Positions 9,661-18,333 of a DNA stretch of 58,800 nucleotides are shown in pieces. Each line of letters starts with the position of its first letter. The first letter of the stretch is position 1. The position numbers and the translations under genes were made by a program. The notes under the pieces are model-generated. The model did no database searches. It was given only the letters and a program-made list of their open reading frames with translations, and was not told where the DNA came from. Source of the DNA: an uncultured Heliomicrobium sp. (GTDB lineage: Bacteria; Acidobacteriota; Blastocatellia; RBC074); NCBI GenBank assembly GCA_964645355.1, contig CAZXZU010000003.1, positions 1 through 58,800 of the forward strand. The letters run 5' to 3'.

Positions 9661-10671
9661 TTACTTGGCAGCTTCGGTTTTGGCGGCAGCCGGTTTCAAA
9701 CAGAAGATGACGAAATCGCCACGCTTGCGATATTCATCCGCGTTGATCGAATCCAGATTGTCCACCGGAACGATGGAAACAACTTTGACTTTGGCTTTGG
9801 GCATTCGGCGAATGACTCGCGCAGCAGTGCCGAGCTTGTAATCGCTGTGAAAAGCTCCGTTGTAATGAACGGTGACGTTTTTAGGCTGTGAGCCATTGGC
9901 GGTCGGCGCGGCGGCGGCAATCGCTTCGGCCATGGTTTCGTCTTTCAGGCATTGCGCGAAGTAAAACCGCTCGACCATTGCCTTTTCTTCGGCGACTTTC
10001 TTTTCGTCCTTCTTCTCTTCTTTTTTATCGCCCGCTTTGGAATCGCCAGCAGGATGGCTGCTCATCGCTTCGGTGAACCGTTTGAAGTAATCATCCATTG
10101 GGCATTGATGTTGGGCAGCAACCATCTTGCGGTCGGCTTCTGGCAAAGCGTTGATTGAATCCAAACCTTGCCGTGAAATCTGCGAAGCCAGTCGGCGAGG
10201 AATGTTGCTGGCAATCACAGGCCAGTTGTGAGCGCGAGCAATCTCTACCAACGAACGGTAATCGGTCGCGTACCGAGGCCACGGACGCGACGCTTTCAAA
10301 AAAGCTTCTTCACTCAATTTTCCAGACAGATATTCATTAAGCGATTGCTGGACATCACGCTCGAACATTTCCAGCGAAACGGTGACGCCGACTTTTCGTC
10401 GCAGCAATCCTTCCAAAATCGCTCGCTCAAGTTTATGCGTAGCCGGGTCGTCGTGCTGCTCGCCGACAAAGACAACATCGGCGCGAGTCAGTTCTATCAG
10501 CATCGCTTCAAAGTCGCTGAATCGCTTTTCACGGGAATCGTAAACTCGCTGAGGGACGTAACCGGAACCGGCCATTGGTCCCTGATGAGGGCTGGTTTGA
10601 GCCATCGCCGAAACCGAGACTAAGACGCTCGCCAATGCGATTAAAAGAATCGCTGAAATTTTTGATTTCAT
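9661..10671 (-). CDS. ChaN-family (haem-binding uptake/Tiki superfamily) periplasmic protein
   Basis: Signal peptide MKSKISAILLIALASVLVSVSAMAQ and the motif VVFVGEQHDDPATHKLE, typical of ChaN/Cofac_haem_bdg proteins. Confidence 0.65.
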   Translation of the reverse strand: MKSKISAILLIALASVLVSVSAMAQTSPHQGPMAGSGYVPQRVYDSREKRFSDFEAMLIELTRADVVFVGEQHDDPATHKLERAILEGLLRRKVGVTVSLEMFERDVQQSLNEYLSGKLSEEAFLKASRPWPRYATDYRSLVEIARAHNWPVIASNIPRRLASQISRQGLDSINALPEADRKMVAAQHQCPMDDYFKRFTEAMSSHPAGDSKAGDKKEEKKDEKKVAEEKAMVERFYFAQCLKDETMAEAIAAAAPTANGSQPKNVTVHYNGAFHSDYKLGTAARVIRRMPKAKVKVVSIVPVDNLDSINADEYRKRGDFVIFCLKPAAAKTEAAK

Positions 10672-10776
10672 TTGCTTGATTGCCTTTGTATTTGTTGAGT
10701 TGATTACCTTGAAGGCTTCGCAGTATACCCATCGCGTCTGAATTTCAAAACCTGCGTTCGTAGTTCCGCCTTTAGG

Positions 10777-10893
10777 CCAATGACGTTAAGTTAAGAGTTT
10801 GTGGGACAATCTGCCAGATTGTCCCACCTGGACTTAATCAGTTGAAGCAGTGGAACAAGCTGGCAGCTTATTCCACTAACTTAACGTCATTGG
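10777..10893. mobile_element. MITE-like 117-bp element with 16-bp perfect terminal inverted repeats and an 8-bp flanking direct repeat
   Basis: TIR CCAATGACGTTAAGTT (10777-10792) is the reverse complement of 10878-10893. CCTTTAGG flanks both ends directly (10769-10776 and 10894-10901). Internal hairpins: GTGGGACAATC-TGCCA-GATTGTCCCAC (10801-10827) and AGTGGAA..TTCCACT (10849-10877). Confidence 0.6.
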
Positions 10894-10952
10894 CCTTTAG
10901 GTGGCTGCGCGGCTTTTCAGCCGCCTGCAAGCGCGACGAATCTAAAATCAAG

Positions 10953-11432
10953 ATGAAGCTGAATTGGAGAAAAGCCGACGAACAACCACGCGCTTCCCAC
11001 CTGGCATTGGGCGAACTAGGCGAACGGTTGGCGGTTGAGCATCTGGAACGGCAAGGTTATCGAATCGTGGCAACCAATTTCACGCTTCCGATTGGCTACA
11101 GTTTGAAAGGCCGCCCGGTCACAGGTGAAATAGACATTGTGGCTTACGACGAATCGGTTCAACCATTCACGCTGACCTTCGTTGAAGTGAAAACTCGAAC
11201 GCGAACGGACATTGCCGCGCCGGAAGCTGCGGTTGATCGTCGCAAACAGCGCCAGATAGTCCGCACGGCCAGACTTTATCGTCGTTTGATGGCGGTTCAG
11301 AACGAACCTTTTCGTTACGATGTGGTCAGCGTCATCATTGCGCCTGATGTTGAAGAGCAAGTCTCACTTCTTCGTAACTATTTCAGCGAAAACCAGTTCG
11401 CGCAAAGCAGATGGAACTCAGACACGCACTGA
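10953..11432 (+). CDS. yraN: YraN-family (UPF0102) endonuclease-like protein
   Basis: LGELGERLAVEHLERQGYRIVATNF...GEIDIVAYD...FVEVKTRT are the YraN motifs. The start is taken at ATG 10953, because the longer ORF-track start at 10842 lies inside the MITE-like element. Confidence 0.75.
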   Translation: MKLNWRKADEQPRASHLALGELGERLAVEHLERQGYRIVATNFTLPIGYSLKGRPVTGEIDIVAYDESVQPFTLTFVEVKTRTRTDIAAPEAAVDRRKQRQIVRTARLYRRLMAVQNEPFRYDVVSVIIAPDVEEQVSLLRNYFSENQFAQSRWNSDTH

Positions 11433-11470
11433 CTCATCCGTGGTTTCCCAGTTTTTCTTTGATGACCCCG

Positions 11471-11499
11471 TTGACAAAACTTGGTGGCTTCGCTAAAAA
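11471..11499 (+). promoter_or_regulatory. sigma70-like promoter for tRNA-Gly
   Basis: TTGACA (11471-11476), a 17-nt spacer, then TAAAAA (11494-11499). It ends 12 nt upstream of the tRNA 5' end. Confidence 0.5.
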
Positions 11500-11511
11500 G
11501 CTTCTTCCCAA

Positions 11512-11588
<77 letters not shown>

Positions 11589-11784
11589 TTTCCCAACCTT
11601 GCCATCAGGTAATTTCATTGAAATGCAGTTGAGGTCTTACAACAGTGAGACCCAAACGATGCGGCGAAGGCGACTGTCAGAACTCTTGTCCTGACGTTTT
11701 CTGAGCATGCTGACTCCCCAACAAGAGTCCTGTGCAACTCACTAAACCAATATCCTTCGCCGCTTTTGCTTTCTGAACCTGAAC

Positions 11785-13926
11785 TCAGCGAACTCCAAAA
11801 TCAATCCACTGATCGGCGCGAGCGTATTTCGATTTGGCCAAAGTGTCGGTCACAATCAGATGAAAGACGTAATCGCCAGGCGGCAATCCGGTCAGCACCA
11901 ATTCGCCTCCGCAATCCATTCTGCCGCCGGTGCCTGGATTTTCAACCGGTCGCGCCTGGCTTTGATAAATCGGTTTTCCTTCCTGATAAATTTCCACCTG
12001 CATGGTGACGTTGGCTTTCCCGGCTGGGTCGGTTTTGGCGTTGTAAACCGCTGCGCCGTATTCAAATTTGCCTCCGCGCGGAAAGCGCCTGGCCGAAGGC
12101 GACATGTTCACTTCAGCCGTTATCAATTCCGGTTTTGGTTTGTAATCAGCCGGAACGGTCATGATTAAGCCCGAAAGCGCCAGTCGTTTTTTACTCAGGT
12201 CGGGAACGTTGATGAACTGGCCGGATGAGCCGAGTTTGCCGGTTGCGGGATCGCGTATGACGCAGCGCAATTGATACGCGCCGGGCTTTTTGATGACGAA
12301 ATCGTCGGCGTAAAACATGCCTTTGGTCATCGCTATCTGGTAACGCTCCGGTTCGACATCCAGAGTGAAAACTCGCCCGTGCTGGTCAATGATTGCGCCT
12401 GCTTCGTTGAAGGTAAAAGCGATCAGTTCCAGCTTGACCGTTTTGAATCCGGGGCGTTGCGGATCGTCTTTGAAAGTCAGCTTGGACATATCAATCTGGT
12501 AAAGCGAGCGTATGAACGATCCCTGCTTGTCGGAATTGAAGAAGAATGAAGTCATCTGCATTCCCAGATCGCGCGCTCCGAACGGAGAGTAAAGCGCGCC
12601 CAGAATTGCTCGGTTGCGAGCTTCGGGCGTGTCCACGGCTACGGTCGGCAGATCGCGGCGGCGTTCGCGGTCGGCGATGCCAAGAAAGCCTGAGCGAGTG
12701 CGGATTCGCAATCCGGGGCGAGTGACCTTCAATTTGATCGTGTGGTATTTGCGGTCGAACTTTTCATCGTCCGGGTCGAAACCCAGCAGGTAATAGCTGC
12801 GCGAATCTTCCAGCGATTTGCGAATGCCCAGATTGATGTCGTTGTTGTTCAGAAACGCCATGCCTCCGGTTTCGCGCGCGATGTAAGTTAAACCTTCCTG
12901 TGAATCGAAGTTTTCCTGCGCGACGCGGCTGAAATCTTCAGGGCGAGGGATGCCGCTGGTTGAAGCGTCCGGCATCAAGGTCTGCAATCCTTTGGCGTCA
13001 ATCGAATAAACGACCACGCTTGAACGATTGGCCAGATCGGTCAAGCGTCGCAGATTTTCCAGCACCTGAGCGTTGTCTCGCTCACGGCCAAACAATCTGA
13101 AGCCATCCGAAATCAAAACCACCATTTTGCGACCGGGCAGTTCGCGCAACCCGCGAATGACGAAGTTCAGCGAACCCAGCGTGCCGACGGAAAAAACCGT
13201 TTCGCGGAAATCGTCGGCGCGAGCTTCAGCGTCCCTCGCTTCCTGAGATCGCTGGTCGTTGGGATCGTTGCCGGGAAAGCGCGGCATCATGTCTCGGCTG
13301 TTCGGGTGCCAACTCAACCGGTCAACGGCCGTGCTCAAAATGCGTTTGTCGCTGGTGAATTGCTGCAACATCCCCAAGCCTCGCCCCGTGCGAATGATGC
13401 CGACCAAATCGCCTTCCTGCATCTGTTCGCGGACGAATTTCTTGATCGCTTCGCGGGCGAAGTAGGTGCTCTGAAACGACAAGCCCAGATCGTCAACGAC
13501 GAAGGCAATCGTGCGGCGAACTTCTTCAGGCGCAAGCTCTTTTGTTGGAATTCCGACCGGAGGCAAAGGCGCTTTCGCACCTTTCGGAGCTTCAGCTTCA
13601 GGCTTTTTCGCCTCGGCCAGTTTCATCAGTTTGAAGTAACTGACCGGTTGTTTTTTGCCGTCAACCGACAACTCGAAATCGGCGTCGGTCAGGTCGTCAA
13701 CGTGAACGCCTTTGCGGTCGGTGACTACAGCATCAATCTGAACCAGTGTAGTGCTGATGCGAACGACGGATTCAGGGTCTTGCGACGGATTTGGTTGAGT
13801 TGGCGGCGGAGTTTGCGCCGGTTTCTGTTCCGGCTTAGTTTGCGATTGCGCGAACGCTGAGTTCAGCAGCAGGAACGCGACAAATAGCTGAGCGATGAAA
13901 GATCGAATGTTGATTTTGGGGAGCAT
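11785..13926 (-). CDS. VWA-domain protein (acidobacterial VWFA-related type) with long C-terminal extension
   Basis: 713 aa with AGGAG 7 nt upstream. Signal peptide MLPKINIRSFIAQLFVAFLLLNSAFAQ. The VWA core is IAFVVDDLGLS...VVLISDG. Confidence 0.75.
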   Translation of the reverse strand: MLPKINIRSFIAQLFVAFLLLNSAFAQSQTKPEQKPAQTPPPTQPNPSQDPESVVRISTTLVQIDAVVTDRKGVHVDDLTDADFELSVDGKKQPVSYFKLMKLAEAKKPEAEAPKGAKAPLPPVGIPTKELAPEEVRRTIAFVVDDLGLSFQSTYFAREAIKKFVREQMQEGDLVGIIRTGRGLGMLQQFTSDKRILSTAVDRLSWHPNSRDMMPRFPGNDPNDQRSQEARDAEARADDFRETVFSVGTLGSLNFVIRGLRELPGRKMVVLISDGFRLFGRERDNAQVLENLRRLTDLANRSSVVVYSIDAKGLQTLMPDASTSGIPRPEDFSRVAQENFDSQEGLTYIARETGGMAFLNNNDINLGIRKSLEDSRSYYLLGFDPDDEKFDRKYHTIKLKVTRPGLRIRTRSGFLGIADRERRRDLPTVAVDTPEARNRAILGALYSPFGARDLGMQMTSFFFNSDKQGSFIRSLYQIDMSKLTFKDDPQRPGFKTVKLELIAFTFNEAGAIIDQHGRVFTLDVEPERYQIAMTKGMFYADDFVIKKPGAYQLRCVIRDPATGKLGSSGQFINVPDLSKKRLALSGLIMTVPADYKPKPELITAEVNMSPSARRFPRGGKFEYGAAVYNAKTDPAGKANVTMQVEIYQEGKPIYQSQARPVENPGTGGRMDCGGELVLTGLPPGDYVFHLIVTDTLAKSKYARADQWIDFGVR

Positions 13927-14060
13927 AACCGTTTCTCCTTTTTCCTTCTGGCTGTTGTTATTACCGGCTGAAAATGGTGACTTCCGGCGCGCGCAGCATA
14001 GTAAATCATCGCCTAAATTGACAGTAAAACTCTGCTGCTCGGCAGTGTAAGCAGCGATTG

Positions 14061-14789
14061 TTACTGACGTTTCAGGAACTCGATCAAACGATCCGGCTTG
14101 TTGGTAACGATGCCGTCAACGCCTAACTCTGTCATTCGCCGGAACTGGGCGTCTTCGTCGGCAGTCCAAACATAAAGCTTCTTGCCGCTGGCTTTGGTTT
14201 GCCGAGCCAGATAGCCGTAACAAAGCTCGACCTGCATGCACAGAACTTGATAGTTGATGCGGCGCAGCGCAATCCACGGAAAGGCTTCTCGCCAGCGGAC
14301 AATCGGATTCAAAGTCTCATTGCCCAGAATCACGCCGAGTTCAATGTCGCTGACTTCTTCGCCAAGCCGCCGCATCAACTCAATGTCGAACGAAGCCAGC
14401 ATCACTTCATCCTGGCATTGCCGAGCGCGGACGATCCGCAAAGTTTCAGCCGCCGCTCTGGCGTCTTTGATTTCCAGGTAAAGGCGCAGCTTGCCGGTTG
14501 TCAGGTCCAGCGTTTCGTCCAAAGTCGGCACTCGCTCGCCCTTGCCGTCACCTTCACCAACGGCGGCTTGCTTGATTTCGGCCAGCGTCAACTGGTCTAC
14601 GCGGCCTTTCAGATTGGTGGTGTGATCCAGCGTTTCGTCGTGAATGACGACGACCTGATTGTCGCTGGAACAATGCAGATCAAGTTCGATCATCTGCGCG
14701 CCCTGGACGATGGCGAGCGCAAACGCAGCCAGAGTGTTTTCCGGCTGATAGGCTGAAGCTCCGCGATGGGCGATGACAATTGGTGGCAT
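14061..14789 (-). CDS. glycerophosphodiester phosphodiesterase
   Basis: N-terminal IAHRGASAYQPENTLAAFALAI...IELDLH and VWT motifs typical of the GDPD family. Confidence 0.85.
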   Translation of the reverse strand: MPPIVIAHRGASAYQPENTLAAFALAIVQGAQMIELDLHCSSDNQVVVIHDETLDHTTNLKGRVDQLTLAEIKQAAVGEGDGKGERVPTLDETLDLTTGKLRLYLEIKDARAAAETLRIVRARQCQDEVMLASFDIELMRRLGEEVSDIELGVILGNETLNPIVRWREAFPWIALRRINYQVLCMQVELCYGYLARQTKASGKKLYVWTADEDAQFRRMTELGVDGIVTNKPDRLIEFLKRQ

Positions 14790-14807
14790 GATTTCAGGCT
14801 TTCAAGT

Positions 14808-15023
14808 TCAGGCGCTCCGATTATCAACACCTACTTCGCTGAGACCCTCTATCAGTAGTCGCTTTTGGTGACGTTCAAGAAACTCTTCCACCGCTAAAGC
14901 CACCAGTTCGTTCAATGACATCTTCATTTCCAAAGCTACTACCTTTAGTCGTTCAAGCAACTGCGGAGGCAGGGCAATGCCCGGTTTCGATTTTGCGAGT
15001 TTTGCTTTTGCCATAAAAATCAC
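14808..15023 (-). CDS. ribbon-helix-helix (CopG/Arc/MetJ-like) small DNA-binding protein, antitoxin-like, no partner toxin
   Basis: 71 aa. GIALPPQLLERLKVVALEMKMSLNELVALAVEEFLERH fits a beta-strand plus two helices, the RHH layout. It lies 19 nt upstream of the GDPD gene. Confidence 0.55.
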   Translation of the reverse strand: MIFMAKAKLAKSKPGIALPPQLLERLKVVALEMKMSLNELVALAVEEFLERHQKRLLIEGLSEVGVDNRSA

Positions 15024-15094
15024 CTTGAGGTCATTTTACCTAAAGCATGTGCGTCATTCAGAAATCGTGAGGTCTGGCAGAAATAGTGAAGTCC

Positions 15095-15235
15095 GGCTCC
15101 AGAGGAGCCAACTGTTTATAGCAATCGCGTGGCATCGCCCCCAAGCTCCATCGGAGCGACCTCTGACACAGGCCGCTCCGATGGAGCTTGGGGGCTTGCA
15201 GATTCTCATCTATAAACAGGTCGCGCCGCTGGCGC
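15095..15235. repeat. nested palindromic intergenic element
   Basis: Perfect 22-bp inverted repeat: GCCCCCAAGCTCCATCGGAGCG (15137-15158) with 15174-15195. Outer pair CTGTTTATAG (15112-15121) with CTATAAACAG (15210-15219). Flanking mini-palindromes GGCTCCAGAGGAGCC and GCGCCGCTGGCGC. Confidence 0.8.
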
Positions 15236-15288
15236 TAAAACCATTGAAAATGTGGAGAGTGACACGCACAAGCTTCAAATAACTTAGC

Positions 15289-15705
15289 TTAAACAAGCCT
15301 TTGGTCCGGGGCCAAAACAGCTACGACAGTTTCGACCGGCACGCCAACTACTCGCGCCAACTTCAGAGCTTGCCCAGCAACAAAAAACGCTGATCCCGGA
15401 TCGAACGGGTCTGACGGGTCAGTGGCGTTGTACATCGCCTGACAACACGATTCCTCGAAGCAATACTGCTCCCCCTGTGTTCGGTCTTTGACCGCTAGCA
15501 GTCGGCGGCGCACTTCATCAAATACAGCGTGACCAGCCGACCAACGCTCCGGCGTAATCGCCAGTTCCAGCACGCAGGCGTTGCTCACGGAATCAGACAC
15601 GTGGCCAGCAAACAAACGAAGCAGACTGGCAATCAACTTGCCCATCCCCCGCTCGTATGGGCCAGGATAGCTTTTTGGATAATTGTGAATGTCAGGAAAT
15701 GGCAA
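15289..15705 (-). CDS. hypothetical protein (138 aa), co-oriented 26 nt downstream of the DUF1800 gene
   Basis: Intact ORF with no signal peptide and no family motif that I recognise. Coding is suggested only by length and position. Confidence 0.4.
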   Translation of the reverse strand: MPFPDIHNYPKSYPGPYERGMGKLIASLLRLFAGHVSDSVSNACVLELAITPERWSAGHAVFDEVRRRLLAVKDRTQGEQYCFEESCCQAMYNATDPSDPFDPGSAFFVAGQALKLARVVGVPVETVVAVLAPDQRLV

Positions 15706-15730
15706 GCATTGACCTCCTGCTGTCTAACAT

Positions 15731-17884
15731 CTATTTCACCTGAAACTCTCGTGAGCCAAGAATCAGAGCGGCCACATTGCCGATCAGTTCGTTGTTGCGG
15801 CGTTCGTCAAATTTCGCCGGAGTCATTTTCGCTCGCTGATCGCTGAGGACTTTCGTCAGGTTGTCGCGTGTTTCCTTCGAGACTTCGCTGTGAATCAACG
15901 TCGCCAGCAAACCATCGAGCAGGCGCTTTTGATCTTTGGCGGTTTCAGCCGCGACAAAGCGCCCGACTTCCACACGAGTTCCGTTGATGCGATTGCCGAC
16001 CAAAGCCAACGCAAAATTCATTCGTTCCAGCAGAGTGGCGCTGCTCAGCCAGCGCGAAGAATCTTCGGAATAACCTGTCGGCGGCTGGCACTGATAAAGC
16101 GGTTCGCCCATTCGCGCGACAGTTTGAACCAGTGGCGCAGCGGCGTCGGTTGCGGCTCCTGTTGCTCGAATCGCGGATGCGGCCAATTCCAGCGGAGATT
16201 TGATTTTGTTGCGGTAATACTTTGCCGAATAAAACTCCGGCGAAGTCAGAATCGCGCGGACAACTTGCCGAATGTCGCCATCGGTTTTGGTGAAGACTTC
16301 GGCGGCGCGTTCAACCAGCGAAGCCGGCGGTTCGTCGGCAACAAAGCGTTGAGCCAGCTTGAAGGAAATGAACTTGGCCGTCGAAGGATGTTTGGCCAGT
16401 AAATCCAGCACGCGCAAACCGTCTTCGATGCCACCGCCAGCAGCGATGCGTTTGCCCAGCACCAGCTTTTCGCCTTTGTCGTGGCTGCGCGGACGGAAGA
16501 TGAACATCTGGTTCGGCTGCTGTCCAACAGTCCATCCGGTCAGACAGCGTGCGACTTCCTGAACGTCTTTTTGCGTGTAACCGCCATCAACTCCCAGCGT
16601 GTGAAGCTCCATCAATTCGCGCGCGTAATTTTCATTCAAACCAGGTCGGCGCGGCGGCGGAAGCAAGTTTCCATCAGCGTCGTATCTGGGCGGCGGCGGA
16701 GGCTGTTCCATCTGGCTCAGGAAGTTGTCTAGGTAAACCATCATCGCGGGACTTTGAGCCACGGCGGTCAGCAACTCTTTGAACTTGCCTAGCGCGTTTG
16801 GACGAATTACGTCTCGTTCGTAAATCGTCAACATCAACCGTTCGTTGTCTTTTCCGGCAAAGACATTGAAGTGGTTGAACCAGAAATCAACCATCACTTC
16901 CTGTAACTGGCGTTCGCTGAAAACGGCGCGGAGCAACTTGGCTTGCTGCAATTCACGCAGCGGGCGCTGCGTATCCACAGGCGTAGGCGTGACTTGGGGA
17001 CGGGGGGATTGAGGGACTGAGGGATTGAGGGATTGAGGGATTGAGCGTCCCTCTTTCTCTCCTTCCCTCTGTCCCGCCATTTCTCCATCTTTCTTCACAG
17101 CCAAAGGCGTTGGAGTTGGAGTCGGCGTCGGAACCGGACGTGGCGGTGGCGGCAAGAAGTTCTGGAAAAGCTCTGGCAACGTAGCTTGCAACGTGTTTAG
17201 CGATTGCAGCGGGCGAGTGAGGAAATCGTCGGCCACATCTTCAGGGTGAAGCTGTTCGTCCAGATAACGTTCGATGCCAATCTTTTTTACGCGCTCTATG
17301 TCGCCGGGTCGCGGGCCGAAACCGGCTCGGCTAAGCAGGTGCAGAATCTTTTGATCTTCGGTCAACGGCACAGTCGAAACTCGGCGAGTTCGCGTGTTGT
17401 CACTCGCCGAATTTGCCGGAAGCGCAATCAGCCGCTCGCCTGCGGACAAAGCTCCGGCGGGAAGGTTTGGCCTTATTGAAGGAATCGGAGACGCCGGTTG
17501 AGGCGGTGGATTCTGTGCGCCGATCATTCCGCGCAGCTTGGTTTGCTGTTCAGGGCGCAACGTAGGCAGAAATTCTTCCAGCACGGCCCGGCGTTCGCGC
17601 TCAAGCTGACTTTTCAATTCGTTGTGTTGCTGGCTGCCCGGTTGAAGCGGCTGCATTTGCCGCAAAAGGCCGTCAATGCGCGGGCGTCGGCGCTGAAGCA
17701 ATTCATCCAACTTTGCAGTTTGCTCCGGCGCAAGCTGCAAAGCGTTCGTCATCTCAGCCACGATGCGAGTTTCATCGAACGGAATCTGCTGCGCGAAAAA
17801 CGGCCAGGCAGATAAAGTCGCCACCAGAAATAAACCTGCTACCAATGCTAAAAATCGAGCGCGGTAAACAACCAGCTTGTTCAT
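15731..17884 (-). CDS. DUF1800-family protein with N-terminal Spy/CpxP-like (LTXXQ) region
   Basis: 717 aa. Signal MNKLVVYRARFLALVAGLFLVATLSA. Two L-x-PEQ-x-x-KL motifs (LAPEQTAKL, LRPEQQTKL), then a Pro/Thr linker. The C-terminal block is DUF1800-like (FWFNHFNVF..., ELMELHTLGVDGGYTQKDV). Confidence 0.7.
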   Translation of the reverse strand: MNKLVVYRARFLALVAGLFLVATLSAWPFFAQQIPFDETRIVAEMTNALQLAPEQTAKLDELLQRRRPRIDGLLRQMQPLQPGSQQHNELKSQLERERRAVLEEFLPTLRPEQQTKLRGMIGAQNPPPQPASPIPSIRPNLPAGALSAGERLIALPANSASDNTRTRRVSTVPLTEDQKILHLLSRAGFGPRPGDIERVKKIGIERYLDEQLHPEDVADDFLTRPLQSLNTLQATLPELFQNFLPPPPRPVPTPTPTPTPLAVKKDGEMAGQREGEKEGRSIPQSLNPSVPQSPRPQVTPTPVDTQRPLRELQQAKLLRAVFSERQLQEVMVDFWFNHFNVFAGKDNERLMLTIYERDVIRPNALGKFKELLTAVAQSPAMMVYLDNFLSQMEQPPPPPRYDADGNLLPPPRRPGLNENYARELMELHTLGVDGGYTQKDVQEVARCLTGWTVGQQPNQMFIFRPRSHDKGEKLVLGKRIAAGGGIEDGLRVLDLLAKHPSTAKFISFKLAQRFVADEPPASLVERAAEVFTKTDGDIRQVVRAILTSPEFYSAKYYRNKIKSPLELAASAIRATGAATDAAAPLVQTVARMGEPLYQCQPPTGYSEDSSRWLSSATLLERMNFALALVGNRINGTRVEVGRFVAAETAKDQKRLLDGLLATLIHSEVSKETRDNLTKVLSDQRAKMTPAKFDERRNNELIGNVAALILGSREFQVK
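16996..17078. repeat. periodic 8-nt-unit hairpin element translated in frame inside the DUF1800 linker
   Basis: The left arm is 5 tandem GATTGAGG/GACTGAGG units. The right arm is 8-nt units containing TCCCTC. GAGGGA pairs with TCCCTC every 8 nt. It is translated as GQREGEKEGRSIPQSLNPSVPQSPRP. Confidence 0.65.
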
Positions 17885-18057
17885 GTTTCGTTCCTCATCA
17901 GGGTTGATGTTTTTGAAGGCGGGCGAATCTTACTCCAAACGCGACCTGAAAAAGTAGGTCAAAGCTGTCTGGTTTAACCTGCCTGACGATGCGGCGACCG
18001 GCTGCCAGGCGGCGACATCACATAAAGTAAGCTGACTGCTTGCCTTACTCCGAAAGG

Positions 18058-18086
18058 TTGACGGAATCGGATGTTGCGACTAGACT
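18058..18086 (+). promoter_or_regulatory. candidate sigma70-like promoter for the TonB-dependent receptor (about 240-nt leader)
   Basis: TTGACG (18058-18063), a 17-nt spacer, then TAGACT (18081-18086). Confidence 0.35.
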
Positions 18087-18333
18087 CTTGCGCCATAAGG
18101 CTAGCTTTACTAACTAAATGCCCGCGACTTCACAGACGGGCAATCGCGCGGTGGCAACAAGTCACAACCAATTTTGAAATCAGTTTCACTCGCTTGATTC
18201 GCTGATGTTTCCATCCGGAGACACCGTAGTTTACCTAAGTTTGAACCATTAACTTTACGACTCAACGCCGGGTTGGCTTGTGCATTCGTGCGGGTTACCC
18301 GGATAGAAAACCCCTTAAACTGAGGAGACCGCT

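Noticed and set aside
10842-10952. Long N-terminal extension of yraN from the ORF track
   Set aside because: The extension begins inside the MITE-like element and adds non-homologous sequence. YraN homology begins after ATG 10953.
17900-18333. Cobalamin (or other) riboswitch in the long leader of the TonB-dependent receptor
   Set aside because: I looked for a B12-box-like element. CCATCCGGAGACACCG near 18213 is only a weak resemblance. I could not assemble the conserved riboswitch core by eye. It needs a covariance-model scan before any claim.
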